Assembly (NCBI GenBank): GCA_043228905.1
Contig: JBHGNT010000001.1
Location: 14,136,001-14,200,000, forward strand
DNA: 64,000 bases
Direction of reading: 5' to 3'
From: Azolla caroliniana
Lineage: Eukaryota > Plantae > Polypodiophyta
Each line of letters starts with the position of its first letter. Position 1 is the stretch's first letter. This document shows positions 24,201 through 36,845 of the stretch, piece after piece. The position numbers and the translations under genes are program-made. The notes beneath the pieces were generated by a model. The model did no database searches and was not told the origin of the DNA. It saw nothing but the letters and a program-made list of their open reading frames with translations.

Positions 24201-27024
24201 TTTTCTTCTATCTCATCCAATCCTTCCATCATATATTGGCTGACATTGACGATTTGTACTGACCTTATCTTAAGTGGATACATGAATTTTATTTTTACCT
24301 TTCCAGAATGTTAATATATTTTTATTCCAATTTTGCTTAATATTTGCAGTCTTTAACCATGGTCGGCCCAATAACAAGGGATATGCTCCAAGAGCCTCCA
24401 AGTGAACCACTACTACTGATATTTGAAGAGTATATGCGCCCAGGATTACATCGAGCTGTCAGATTAAACCCAGTGGCCTGACCGTACTGGTGTCAGCCAT
24501 ATGTAACCAAAATGGACATGCATCCCATTAAGTAATACCTAACTTGTCAGAGGTTGTTTTATTGATAACATTCACTCCCGAGCGGTCGTCAACAATTGTC
24601 CCAACTATCTTATGTCCATGGACTATTACTTTTATTGATGGGTTTTGCTCATCCATAATTGTCAGACCACCACTTGGGTGACTATAATTAATGGATACCT
24701 CTTCGATCCCTTTTTGTGCAATCAGAGTTGCTACCTTCTCTGTGAATTGTCGAACTAGTTTCAGTAAGCAGGTCAATGGCAATGAAACTTGACAATCCGT
24801 CAAAATTTTCCAAGTTTCTTCTTGCTCTTGTAATGGTACTGATCATGTGTGTTCCCTAACTTGGTCCTTATTGCATATTTCATTATCTTGGAGCATTCGG
24901 GAAACATTATTTTTGTTAGCTTCTTCTACCCATTCTTTAGCTGCTTTTCGAACATCGTCCTAGACTTCCCATTTTGATTGTTTACCCTTGCTTCAACTGG
25001 TCACCTGTTGAATTTCGGGAGCCACCATATTAATAGCAGGAGCTTTTCCCTTGTCTCTAGTTGGACATTGGTTTGCATAATGGCCATTTCTCCTGCAAAT
25101 GTAGCAATTTGGAATTGATGAACCACTGGCCTCACCATGTTCATATTGTGGTTGACCAGCTTCGTTGAAATTAGGGCTCTCTCTTTGGGAATCATGCTGA
25201 AATTGCCTAGATGCTTTTGGCTTATTAAATTTCTTGTTGGGTGTTTGATTTTTCTGTTTGCGGTTTTCTTGATAACGACCCCCTCTATATTGTTGATGGT
25301 GACCGTTTTCTCGAGGTGGAGAGTAATCTTGATCCTGATTATTACGATCATCCCTTCGATAATTGTTTTGTCGATCCTCTTCTCGACTTGAATCATAACT
25401 ATCATTTCGCCTATAATCATTCCGATTATTATCGTTATTCTGTCGTTGAGACACATCCTGCCGATCTGAATAATATCTATTACCATATCGATCATCCTCC
25501 TGAGATCGGTTAGTGAACCTACTTCGGCTGTCCTGGTAAGAATCCTCTGGATGAATTTGTCTCACAGCGCTGTCGCCTTATTGAGCAAATTGTATTCACA
25601 TTGCTCTACAGAATGAGGTTTGAAATGACATATTGTGCAATGAGTGCGTAGAGTGCATTCGATTGTTGAATGCCTAGTGTTGAGACAAGTTGTACATTGT
25701 ACTACTTGTCGAAATTGTAACTCTTCTAATGTCAACAGATTACTGTGTAGTGCCGACATATCCATACTTTTCTTATTTTTGTGTGTTCGATCCATAGTGA
25801 GTGCTTTATCAATCACTTGATCAATTGATTGATTCCGAAAATCGAATACTGCTAGAGTTGTCTACATTGCTTCTAAGAATATATCTTTCAATTCCTCATC
25901 TGGAATTGTCTTCGAAATTTGAAGTTGCAAATTCTGAAACCGAATAACAACTTGTGATACCGTTTCATGTGGTTCCTGATAAGATGCATAGAATTGAGTG
26001 ATCAGATCGTTCTGAGGGATATGTCAATGAAATAATTGGGTGAATTTAGTGGTTAATTGTTAGAATGTATCGAATTCTTGTAAGCCATTTTGTTGGAACC
26101 AATTTGCTGACAGCCCATCCAATGATAGGACGAACTCAACAATTTTAGACTTATCTTTAGCTACTGTCGGGAGTCTCTAAGCTCCATGATTTCATTCCCA
26201 TGTTGTCAAAAAATCCCTAATATGCGATTCCGCATCAACGCATTCTCGATATTTCGAGTAAGGGTAAGGCATATTGTCGTCACCTCAGATATCGTTAAAT
26301 GATAACTCTTCAGATTATTGGTCGTCCGAATAATTGTCAGTTAAGTCGAGAATTGAAGACCACCTTTGACTCGTATGTTGCTGATCAACAGCAGAATTAG
26401 CCTTGATCCTTTGCGTGACAGATTGTGTATGCTGTCGTTTACGTCCAATTGATGTATCTAGACTAGGCGACATCCATTCGACTCGTTCTCTGCTAAATGC
26501 AGATGTAACCGGGCGTTACAAAATTTACTATGTTGTTCGGCCGATAGGTGACTCTCTATGACTGAGAGACAATAAGGTTGAACGTTCTATCAAAGAACTG
26601 TGGAATATGAATGGATTATACAAGATTAATTGTAACCCACGATATTGTATTCGTATCGTGATCAACTATTTTAGTTAGTACAGTTAAAGTAGAACAAGAT
26701 TATAGAGAACAATATTATGGACACAAGTGCTCAGAATTCCTATAACTGAAACTATATTAACTGAAAACAAATGATAGTAGTACAATGCTTTCGGTTCCAT
26801 TTTATAGGTAACCTGAAGACTTCCTCATCAAGAACTATATTTTCCCTTGTTTGCAAGAACAACAAAAATAACTAACTTAAATATTTGTAATTATTATTTT
26901 GTCGGCAAAACTGTTGACTCATCGATCCGCCTAGTTGATCCAACTCCAACTCTATAGTTTCCAAACATTGTCGACTTCGATGCTTTCATACTTGTCCGAC
27001 TCATTCCTTGACTAGCTAACAACA
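21223..27024 (-). mobile_element. Degenerate non-chromovirus Ty3/Gypsy (Athila/Tat-like): gag-PR-RT-RH-IN, candidate short 5' LTR 26912-27024
   Basis: RT TWLSPIVVVP...RVCVDYRKLN...FLDGFSGYNQ...VFLDDF, RH WYRPVYY, IN STPHYPQAYGFAE; Gag with CCHC motifs; candidate LTR TGTTG...CAACA. Confidence 0.85.
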
Positions 27025-28601
27025 GAGTCATGAAGTTCAGCAAAGGAAGCTTGATTGTGGCCCAAGCCCAGAAGATCAACACGGTGTACCTAATGCATGC
27101 CTGGATATGCCGGGAGGTAGTGAACATAGCTTTCGACATTGTCAGTGAGTTCTGGCAGAAGGGGTTGTGGCACATGAGCCACAAAGGGATGTGCAAACTT
27201 GCAAAGGATAACCTGATTCTAGAGGTGAAAGATGTGCGACTTGAGAAGTGCATCAACTGTTTGGCCAGCAAGTATAACTGAACCTCTTTCCGAACCCAAC
27301 CACCGACAAGATAGAAAGAACTACTGGGGCTCGTGCATACCGATGTATGCTAGGTGGACACAAAGTCACATGTTGGGCCGTAGCACTTCGTGACGTCATA
27401 GATGACCACAGCTGAAGACGAAGGGCCAGGTACTATCCGCCTTCAAGGAATTCCACGTGAGAGTGGAATGGGAAACCGACCGGAAGCTGAAGGCGGTTCG
27501 AGTGGACAACAGAGGCGAATACCGGGGGCAATTCGAGGAGTACTACAGGTCAAAGGGAATTCTGCTCAAATTCACTGTGCCGAAGACACTGAACTGGAAT
27601 GGATTGGCCAAAAGGATGAACTAGACTGTGATGGAGAGAGTCGGGAGCATGCTAGCACATGCTAAGTTGTCCAAGAAATTTTGGGTTGAGGCGTTGATGA
27701 CAACGACCTATGTGATAAGCCAATCACCCTCAACATCCTTGGATGGAGACACACCGTAGAGAGTATGGACCGGTAAAGACATGTCTTACCAGCATCTGAA
27801 GGTGTTCGGTTGTCTCGCCTATGTGCGTATAGTACCAACAATGCATATTCCTTGGATACAGCAATGATAAGTTTGGCCACCAAGTGTGGAACTTGGTCGA
27901 CAAGAAGGTTTTCCGAAGTCAAGACATAGTCTTCATGGAAACAAGACCATTGCCAACTAGAGTTGGAGAAGAAGATAATGGACTCTGAGTCGACCGATAG
28001 AGATTGGTCAAAAGATACAAGAACCCATCCAGCCGGAAATCGGATGACATGTCATGAACTGGCCAGATTCGGACGAGGATCCGGACCGACTGAGGAAGAA
28101 TTGCACACCGGAATCGGACAAGACCCCGAATTGGATTTGGATGAAGAATTGACAGAGGAACCAATTGTCAAAAACCATGGAAGAATGATATCCTCTCAGG
28201 GAGAGAAGAGCCCCCTAGAGATTTCCAGATAAAGAGCGTATATTGGTGACCGACGAGGGGGACCCGAAAGCTTTGAAGATGTAGTGAAATACACCCACAA
28301 CCACAAGTGGTTGAGTGCCATGCAAGATGAAATGGATTCCTTGCATGAGAACCACAGATACGAATTGAAGGAGTTGCCGAAAGTAAAGAGAGTGCTCCGG
28401 AACAAGTGGGTGTACAAGTTAAAACCGGGAGACGCTGGTAATCCACCAAGATACAAAGCTCAAATCATGGTGAACGGGTTCCAACAGAAGAATGGAATGT
28501 AATTTGATGAGAACTTTGCCCTGGTAGTCAAGATGACATCCATCTGGACAGTCCTGACCATAGCGGCAAGCATGGACGTTGAGGTCCAACAACTAGATGT
28601 C
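27025..28601 (+). pseudogene. Older Copia-B-related fragment (GAG-pre-integrase, integrase, start of RT)
   Basis: MKFSKGSLIVA..., WLSAMQDEMDSL...NKWVYKLK; many stops and deletions. Confidence 0.88.
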
Positions 28602-30602
28602 TGTTAGGAAACAGGTCCCTTCGGATGGGAAGTGAGAAGAACGGTATCGGCCTCGGCCGAAACCGGATGTGGAGTACCCGGCAAGGAAGACCCAGTGAGA
28701 ACCGGATGTGGAGTGCCCTACAACGGACGACCCGGTGAGAACCGGATGACAAGTACCCGACAAGGAAGACCCGGTGAGAACCGGAGGTTGCCGACCCGGT
28801 GAAAACCTCTCACCGGATGAAGGGACATATATGTAAATATGTTCGAGAGAGCCCACTGGGGCTATATTTGTAAATAGTCTGAAAGTCATATTAGTATAAA
28901 TATGACCTAGGGCAAACTCTGTGTAATAATTTTCGTGTAACCTTTGTACAGTGTGTAAGAGAGAGAGAGAGAGAGAGCGATATACAGAGATTGTGTCTCT
29001 GTTGTAATTGCCACTAGGCGAAGATTGTGAGCAAGAGGTCGTTGCCTCTGTGCTCCTTGTTGTATTACTATACAGAGTGATAGTTTGGAGTCTGTGGACT
29101 CCCGTGGTTTTTCCCTCTCAGGGTTTTCCACGTTAATATCCTATGTATTCTCTTTCTGTTTTGTGTACTTACCTCCATTCCCATTTCGTCTATGTTTTTG
29201 ATTGTCAACAAGTGATCTACGCTTCAGTTGTGGCCGGAGATTGATCCACATATTTCACGTGAAACTGGTATTAGAGCGAATCGATACAGAAAAATGGACA
29301 ATTCATTGGGAGGCATGTTCAAGCTCACCGGCTACAACTACTTAGTGTGGAAGTCGAAGATGAGGGACATGCTCGTGGTTAAAGATCTTTGGTTGTCGGT
29401 TCAGTTCGGGTACAAGAGACCGGAGAAAATCGATGCCACGATATGGGAGGTGATGCACATGAAGACAACGACGTACATACGGTGCTTCATCGACATGAGT
29501 CTATACAACAACTTCAATGAAGAGAGCAAGGCTCATGAGCTTTGGGAGAAGATCGGCATTATGTTTTAGAACTAAAATGATGTTAATCAAGTTTCCGTAT
29601 TTCGGAAGCTAGTAAGACTCCGGTACCAAGAAGGCTCCAGTATGGCGGAGCACATGAATGCCTTCCAGGGGCTGATACAACAGGCAACATCATTGGAAGT
29701 ACCTCTCGCCGATGAGGTACTAGTACTACTCCAGGTCGGTTCCATCCCAGATAGCTGGGAGATGTTGGTTGTCACTTTGGGCAACGCTGGGCCGGAAGGG
29801 AAACGGTTATCCCTAGCAAGAGTGAAGTCGAGCTTGCTAGATGAGGAGGCACATCGGAAAGACAAGGATACGAACTCCGACTCGAAAGCGCTCATTACCG
29901 AATCGGAACACGGAAGACAAAGGAACCGTAGTCCCCAAAACCGGGAGAAGTCGGGGACACGGTGTCGTGAAGAAAACCGTCCACAAGCGGAATCGGTGTA
30001 CCGGAACGTAGAAACCGACTCTTTATGCACGTGCGCCTTAAGTTGTACATAGGAGATCCTAGGTAGATTCGGTAGGTAGGGAGTAAAGGGGAAACGGCTC
30101 CTTCCTTGCCTATAAAAGGAGGGAGACGAGGAGAGTAAGGGGATCGCGGGGAGTCGAGGACGAAGTGCTGTCGGTTTGCGTGCGAAGGCTTCTCTCTCTC
30201 TCTCTTTCCGGTTGCAAACGCCATAGCTTCCTTCTGTGTAGGTTTCGGGAGGCTCGCGCTGCTCTGAGGAATGCCCGAGTGCTTCCGGCAGCACCTCCAA
30301 CCTACTCTTTCCCCTCTGTGCGTTTACGAGCAGGTATCGGCATCTGTTCGCCAGCCTGTTCGGTTGTAACCGACTTCGTGTTTGTTGTCTTCGTGTTCTT
30401 GTTGTTTGTCTTGTCAATACATACATACTTTCGTGTCTTTCTGTGTCGCTGTTCCATTCGCGTCTTTGCGTCGAAGGGCCGTGTCCCTGTGAATCTACAC
30501 TCGCACGTAGTGGGTCCCTTCTCTCTCTCTCTTACTCTTCGGTACAGGACCCCCGAGGTCCCGCCTCACTCCACGCATCCGCGAGGAATACCTCGACATA
30601 TT

Positions 30603-30620
30603 TGGTGAACCCGACGTGAA
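30603..30620 (+). promoter_or_regulatory. Primer-binding site complementary to tRNA-Trp
   Basis: TGGTGAACCCGACGTGAA is the reverse complement of the plant tRNA-Trp 3' end TTCACGTCGGGTTCACCA (recalled sequence, not searched). Confidence 0.85.
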
Positions 30621-30644
30621 AGAGGCGGCAGAAGAGCAGAAGAT

Positions 30645-32771
30645 GAGGGGGTCGGATCTTGCAGAGGCCATGGCTTCGGCCGTGGATCGGATATTGAGCA
30701 CACGCGAGGGCACCGATGCCCTTGACAGAGCCATTGAGGCGGTCGTCGGTACGATCGGCCGTTTCAGCGGAAAGGATGCTACGAGGTATTTGGTGTCCTA
30801 CGGGGCGGAAATGCTGATGCAGGACATTCCGGAACAGAGGCGTCTTGCCGGGTTCCCTCGAGTGGCGATGCCGAGCATCCATGCGGAGGTGCTCGTGGTA
30901 CGGGCGGAGAGCTGTACCTGGGAGGAGTTCGAACGCTGACTCCTAGAGAAATATGGGCTGGACGACGCGCTCCGGCTTTCGAAACGGGACTTCGTGGAAT
31001 GGGTGGAGTCCCCCCGCAAAGGAAGAAACGCGTTGGCACTCCTCCGGGAGTTCGAAGAACGCTTTGCGCGCCTTTCGGCGCTTGACCGAACTATCCTGGA
31101 TACGAGCCGGGTCCTACTGTTCGTCAAGTCAGTGGAGACGAGCGGGACCGGGATCAAGTCGGCTCCTTGCTGGAAACTGAAGACGGGTTGATGACCGACT
31201 GGGCTGCGGTTAAGAGAGTCTGTGGCCGTTTCGACAAACGGCGAGAATGGGCTGACAACGGGGCGGCCGGTGAGGGCTCTGTTACAGCAAGGAGGCTTGA
31301 ACCGGCGCCGCAAGTGCGAAGGGAAGAAACCCGGGAATGGCTCGAAACCGGTCCGGCTTCGACCAGCATGGTCAATGGCTCGTCCGGAGGAGCAGCGCTA
31401 GAGGAGTTGACGCGGGCGATAAAGGATCTCCAGATCGCCCAGACTCGAAGGGAAGGCGGCGAACCGGCTCGTGACCGACGGCCGGCAGCGGGGAACAGGT
31501 GCATGTGGTGCGACGAGGTCGGCCACATTCGGAAGGACTGCGGCGATTTCGCAGAGGCGTTGAGAAACCGGGTGGTGTACCTGTGGGAAGGCCGGGTGCA
31601 CGCTGGCGACACCAGGAGGGCCCTGAGCCGAAACGACGGGCGAGGAGGTATGAAGAGACTGATGGAAGAGGCAGCGGCCCGACACGTGGAGGCCATCCAC
31701 TACTCGGCGTCGGCCGGTATTCGGGTCGGGGGCAGCGAGGCCCAAAAGGAGAGTAAAGACGGTTTCTGGTCGGCAATGCTGGAAGGCCTCGCCGGCGCGC
31801 AGCTGAGGAAAGATGAAACGGATCGCGCTGAGAGACGGGTCCGGGAAATAACTGGGTGGAGCGATCCGGTCGAGGAGAAGACGGGCTTCGTAGAAGCCGC
31901 TTGCCGGAACTACGAGGCTCTGGTAGAAGATAAGCGAGTAGGGAAAGCCGGAGCGGCCGGGCCCTCACAACGGTACGAGACCCGATTCGGGCAACGACGG
32001 AATGATGTCGGTGGGCCCGGCCCGCAAGATAACCCCAGGAAGGGCGGGTACCGACTGGGGACAGAAATAGAAAGGACTACGGACCTACGAAAGGTCCTAG
32101 AAGAACGGATCCTCGACAGCAAAGTGGAGCTGTCATTACGGGAGGTGCTAGGGATCGCCAAGAAGGAGTTCCACGACTCCATTGTAGACTTGGTGAAACG
32201 GAAGAGACTGTCGACGGAGTCGGAACCGGAAAGACCGGTGGAGGTGCGGACGACGCACATTGACGACTCGGCGCTGGAAGATGAGTGGGCGGAGAGCCAC
32301 TATTCGAGGCCACACTAGGCCCGAGCGACCACGGAGACCCCGGTAAAGATCGGAGATGTTCAGGAACCGGTGGTGGCGTTGGTGGACCACGGTTCGGAAA
32401 TAAACCTAATGTCCATGGACTTCTATAAGAAGGGAAAGTGGCCGATCAACACCAGGCACGGGTGGAAGATACGGGCGGCGACGCGCGCCACCGAGGAACT
32501 GCACGGGGCCTGCCCGAATGTGCGAGTAAAGATCGGCGACGTTGAGATTGACCAGCACTTCTTCGTACAGGAGACGTCCTCGCATCCGGTCATATTAGGG
32601 GAACCATACATCACGGCGGCGAGAATGGAGACCAAGGTGCTGGACAACGGTTCGGCCTACGCGAGGGTCAAAAGCCAGGACAGGCGCCATTCGGTGCAAT
32701 TTTTGACGGTGCGGCCGAACCACGAGAGAAACCGCGAGTCCCTCGGTGGCGAGAACCGGGAGGATTTTTAG
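30645..32771 (+). pseudogene. Gypsy gag-protease
   Basis: FSGKDATRYL, CMWCDEVGHIRKDC knuckle, ALVDHGSEINLM protease; interrupted by stops and a frameshift. Confidence 0.88.
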
Positions 32772-35700
32772 AGAGGGCTGCCAAGGCGTGGGCCGAGACA
32801 GTCCGGACACTCGGGAAAGACCCCACGATTGTACGATAGGCAGGAGATTTTGCTTCTCCGACAACGGAGGGTGTATGATGGTCGGCATCGTTGGCCGAGA
32901 AAAGACAAGGGCGGAAGAGCAACTTCGAGCGTGCGGAGTTCTCGGCCCGGACGAGGAAATCAGCGGAGCCGTGGAGGTGGTCTCCTTCGACGACACCTTA
33001 GGGATGCTGAGGAAGGTTGTTGGAGAAGGCCTTAACGAAGACCGGACGATACCGGTATGTTCCGAAGAGATGTACGAAGTCATCGCGAACTTCAGTCGGG
33101 GGCTCGGGTCGGATCAGACGGCCCGAGTTAGCACAAAGTACAAGACTGTGGACCGGAAGGTAAGGCCAGTCGCGGCACCCTTACCGGAGGGCAGCGAGTC
33201 CCGGATCAGAGGGGTTGCGTCGGACCCCAGTTTACGAGATCTGGCCTGCATAGGACACACCTTCACCGACGGGACGCTCCCAAAGTTGATGGAGCTATTG
33301 AGGCAGAAGGTAGATATGGGCATTCTTGAACCGTCGAGTGCCCCATACTCGAACCGATGGTTTACCGTACCGAAGAAAAACGGAACGTTGCGCTTCATTC
33401 AAGACCTGCAGCCGGTCAACAGGGTGACCATTCAAAACGCAGGAATCGGACCGACCATAGACGAGTTCGCGGAGGCCTTTGCCGGAAGGTCGATTTACTC
33501 GGTCGGTGATCTGTACTCAGGGTACGACCAGTTCCAGCTAGCCGTGGAGAGCTGAGACATTACGACGATGCGAACTCCCCTCGGCCTAGTGCGAATGTGT
33601 ACCTTGCCACAAGGAGGGACTAACTCGGTGGCTCACATGGTAAATGCAATGAACAAGGTACTGAGGGATTGCATCCCCGACATCACCATGCCATTTCTGG
33701 ACGACATCCCGATTAAGGGGTGCCCGGTGGAGGAGAAGGACGAGACAGTCGGGCCGGACGGATGCCGGCGATTCGTGGAGAAACACATCGACGACTGCGA
33801 GAAGGTGCTACAAAGGATAGAGGATGCTAGGCTCACCTTCTCCGGGGAGAAATCGGCCTTCGGGCAATCGGAAATCCTGGTAGTCGGGCACCTATGTGGG
33901 CCATATGGCCGGAAGCCGTCTCCGGCAAAGGTAGAAGCCATCTTCGCGATGAAGACCGACTGTAGCTCGGTTACGGAAGTTCAGAGGTTCCTGGGGGCAT
34001 GCGCATTCTACCACATATGGATCCCGCATTACGCCCACGTTGCGGAGCCACTATACGGGTTGTTGAAGAAGGGGCAAAGATTCGAGTGGCGAGACGAGCA
34101 CACGGGGTCGGTCCGGAAGCTGAAGGAAGCTCTTGCGGCAGCTCCGGCGCTCCGGAAGGCTGTCTACGAGAAGGGTACCCTGGTATACATAACGGTGGAT
34201 ACGAGCCCGACCGGGATCGGATGGGTCGTCAACCAAGAAGACGAGGACGGCACCCGGTTCCCGATCCGATTCGGCGCTAAGGTCCTCAGTGAGCGACAGC
34301 GAGGGTACGCCCAGGTTAAACGTGAACTCTGGGGTATCGTTTCGGCAGTAAAGGCGGACAAAGACTACCTGATCGGGACAGAAGTGATTATCGAGACGGA
34401 TTGCCTGCCGATTGTTGGCATGGTTTCCGGATGCGCGACACCGGACCTGGCGATGCTCAGGTGGATAGCGTACATCAAGTCCCTGGACCCAGAGATACGA
34501 CACATTTCCGGAAAGGACAACGCCATGGCCGACATGCTTTCGAGGGCGAGGTTTGATGACGAGGGCGGCATGGTTTCGGAGGACGAAGAAGTCGGCGTGG
34601 ACTTCTTCGAGGCAGCGTACGTGACGACCGATGGGACGAGCACTCCGGCACTTAACGACTTCGACGAGAGCAAGTACGACGGCGAGTGGCTCCAGATCGG
34701 TGGATTCTTCCATAAGTATCCGTCCCGGAGAAAGAATTCTCCGGGACGGATACTTATGGAAGCACCCGAAGAAGAGGGACGGCGCTCCGCTCCGGGTGGT
34801 GGCGATGAAGGAAGAACAGGAGGAGCTGCTGACGGCCTACCACGACAGCCCTTGGGCCGGACACCGTGGAACCTGGGCCACGTTCGAGAAGATAAAGGGG
34901 AAGTACTGGTGGCCGGGACTGTACCGGGACGTGCATCGATTCGTGACAACTTGCGAGAGCTGTCAGATGCACTCCATAGTCCGACACCGGGGCGAACTTC
35001 ACCCTACGTACCCTCCGACCATCCACTTCAAATGGATGGTAGACCTGGTAAGGATGCCGATAGGAGTAGGACAGATGCGGTATCTGGTCCTGGCTCGGGA
35101 AGATCTGACGAACCAGGTGGAAGGCCGGGCCCTTCAGAACAAAACGACTGCGGCCGTATGTCGGTTCCTGCTCGAGGACGTAATATGCCGGTACGGGTGC
35201 GTCGGGAAGATTGTGGCTGATCGCGGGGAGTTGGACGCCGAAGAGGCCGAGGAGCTGTTCGACCGGCTAGGAGTCAAGCTCTCACTTACCATTGCGTACA
35301 ATCCGGAGGCGAATGGAAAGGTGGAGCGCGGACACGGACCGATCGTCAAGGCATTAGTTCGGGCATGCGGAGGTCGGGTCGGGAACTGGCCGCGGCTACT
35401 GCCTTACGCGTTGTGGGCTGACCGGACTACGCACAGTTCGGTAACCGGATTCATGCCGGCAGAGCTCATGTTTGGGCAGAAGCCGATCATGCCGATCGAA
35501 CGTACGGTCTCCTCATGGCCAACCATGGACTGGAGAGACGAGATGAGCCGGGAGGAGCTGCTGACGGCACGCATACGACAGCTCGAGCGGAGACCGGAGG
35601 ACGTGGAGCAGGCTGCGGAAAAGCTTCGGGAAGCAAGGATGAGGAACAAAGCCCGGTTCGACCAAACACACCGGCTCCGACCGAAGAAGATCGAGGAAGG

Positions 35701-35977
35701 CGACTGGGTGCTAGTCTACGACAACGGCCTCGACAACCAGCACCGAGCGACACGGAAGTTCGCAAGAAGGTGGTTCGGGCCTTACGTGGTACAAAGCGCC
35801 AACGACAACGGGACGTACCATCTGGCGGAACTCGACGGTACGAGAATGACGATACCGGTAGCTGGGAAGCGGATCAAGACGTTCAAGAAGCGTCACGACG
35901 ACGAGCCGGATCAGGTTGACTTGGACCGCGACGACGAGCGATCCGAAACCGAGGAAGAACCGACGGGCGGGGAATGA
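32746..35977 (+). pseudogene. Gypsy pol (RT, RNase H, integrase), no chromodomain
   Basis: LRFIQDLQPVN, DLYSGYDQF, PFLDDIPIKG, VDTSPTGIG, H-H-CESC zinc finger, VADRGE, NGKVERG, WFGPY. Confidence 0.92.
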
Positions 35978-36845
35978 AGGCTGGACCGGTTTTCTCCGTC
36001 CCAACACAATTTGGCGCATGCCGGTGGATGCGCGGTTAGGTGGGGGCGGATGTCGTGAAGAAAACCGTCTACAAGCGGAATCGGTGTACCGGAGCGTAGA
36101 AACCGACTCTTCATGCACGTGCGCCTTAAGTTGTACATAGGAGATCCTAGGTAGATTCGGTAGGTAGGGAGTAAAGGGGAAACGACTCCTTGCTTGCCTA
36201 TAAAAGGAGGGAGACGAGGAGAGTAAGGGGATCGCGGGGAGTCGAGGACGAAGTGCTGTCGGTTTGCGTGCGAAGGCTTCTCTCTCTCTCTCTTTCCGAT
36301 TGCAAACGCCATAGCTTCCTTCTGTGCAGGTTTCGGGAGGCTCGCGCTGCTCTGAGGAATGCCCGAGTGCTTCCGGCAGCACCTCCAACCTACTCTTTCC
36401 CCTCTGTGCATTTACGAGCAGGTATCGGCATCTGTTCGCCGGCCTGTTCGGTTGTAACCGACTTCGTGTTTGTTGTCTTCGTGTTCTTGTTGTTTGTCTT
36501 GTCAATACATACATACTTTCGTGTCTTTCTGTGTCGTTGTTCCATTCGCGTCTTTGCGTCGAAGGGCCGTGTCCCTGTGAATCTACACTCGCACGCAGTG
36601 GGTCCCTTCTCTCTCTCTCTTACTCTTCGGTACAGGACACCCGAGGTCCCGCCTCACTCCACGCATCCGCGAGGAATACCTCGACAACGGTCAAAGTCAA
36701 GGGGAAGGCCTACCTGCTTCTATTGCAGCAAGCCGGGACACTTCCAGAAGAACTATCGACACTTCCCGAAAGACTAGGAAACCAATGGTACCGATTCGAA
36801 GCGGACACCAGATCGGAACGGTAAAGACCGGAGGGGAACAGACCG

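Larger units (their letters stand above)
29963..36686 (+). mobile_element. Near full-length non-chromovirus Ty3/Gypsy (possibly Phygy-like), 636-bp LTRs, 4-bp TSD ACGG
   Basis: LTRs 29963-30598 and 36051-36686 (TGTCG...CGACA), PPT GGTGGGGGCGGA, ACGG on both flanks restoring the host gag GGGACACGGTCAAAG. Confidence 0.95.
28602..36845 (+). mobile_element. Copia-B 5' half (LTR 28602-~29263, PBS 29266-29277, gag), interrupted by Gypsy and truncated after the zinc knuckle
   Basis: TGTTAGGAAACAGG LTR start, TGGTATTAGAGC, MDNSLGGMFKLTG; gag resumes at 36687 with RSKSRGRPTCFYC. Confidence 0.9.

Noticed and set aside
26504-26520. TGTAAC-CGGGC-GTTACA micro-palindrome resembling fused LTR ends
   Set aside because: No TSD and too short to distinguish from chance
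29587-30426. 279-aa antisense ORF across the Gypsy LTR (267-aa twin at 35711-36514)
   Set aside because: Duplicated only because the LTRs are; R/P/S-rich, no motif, runs into unrelated flanks
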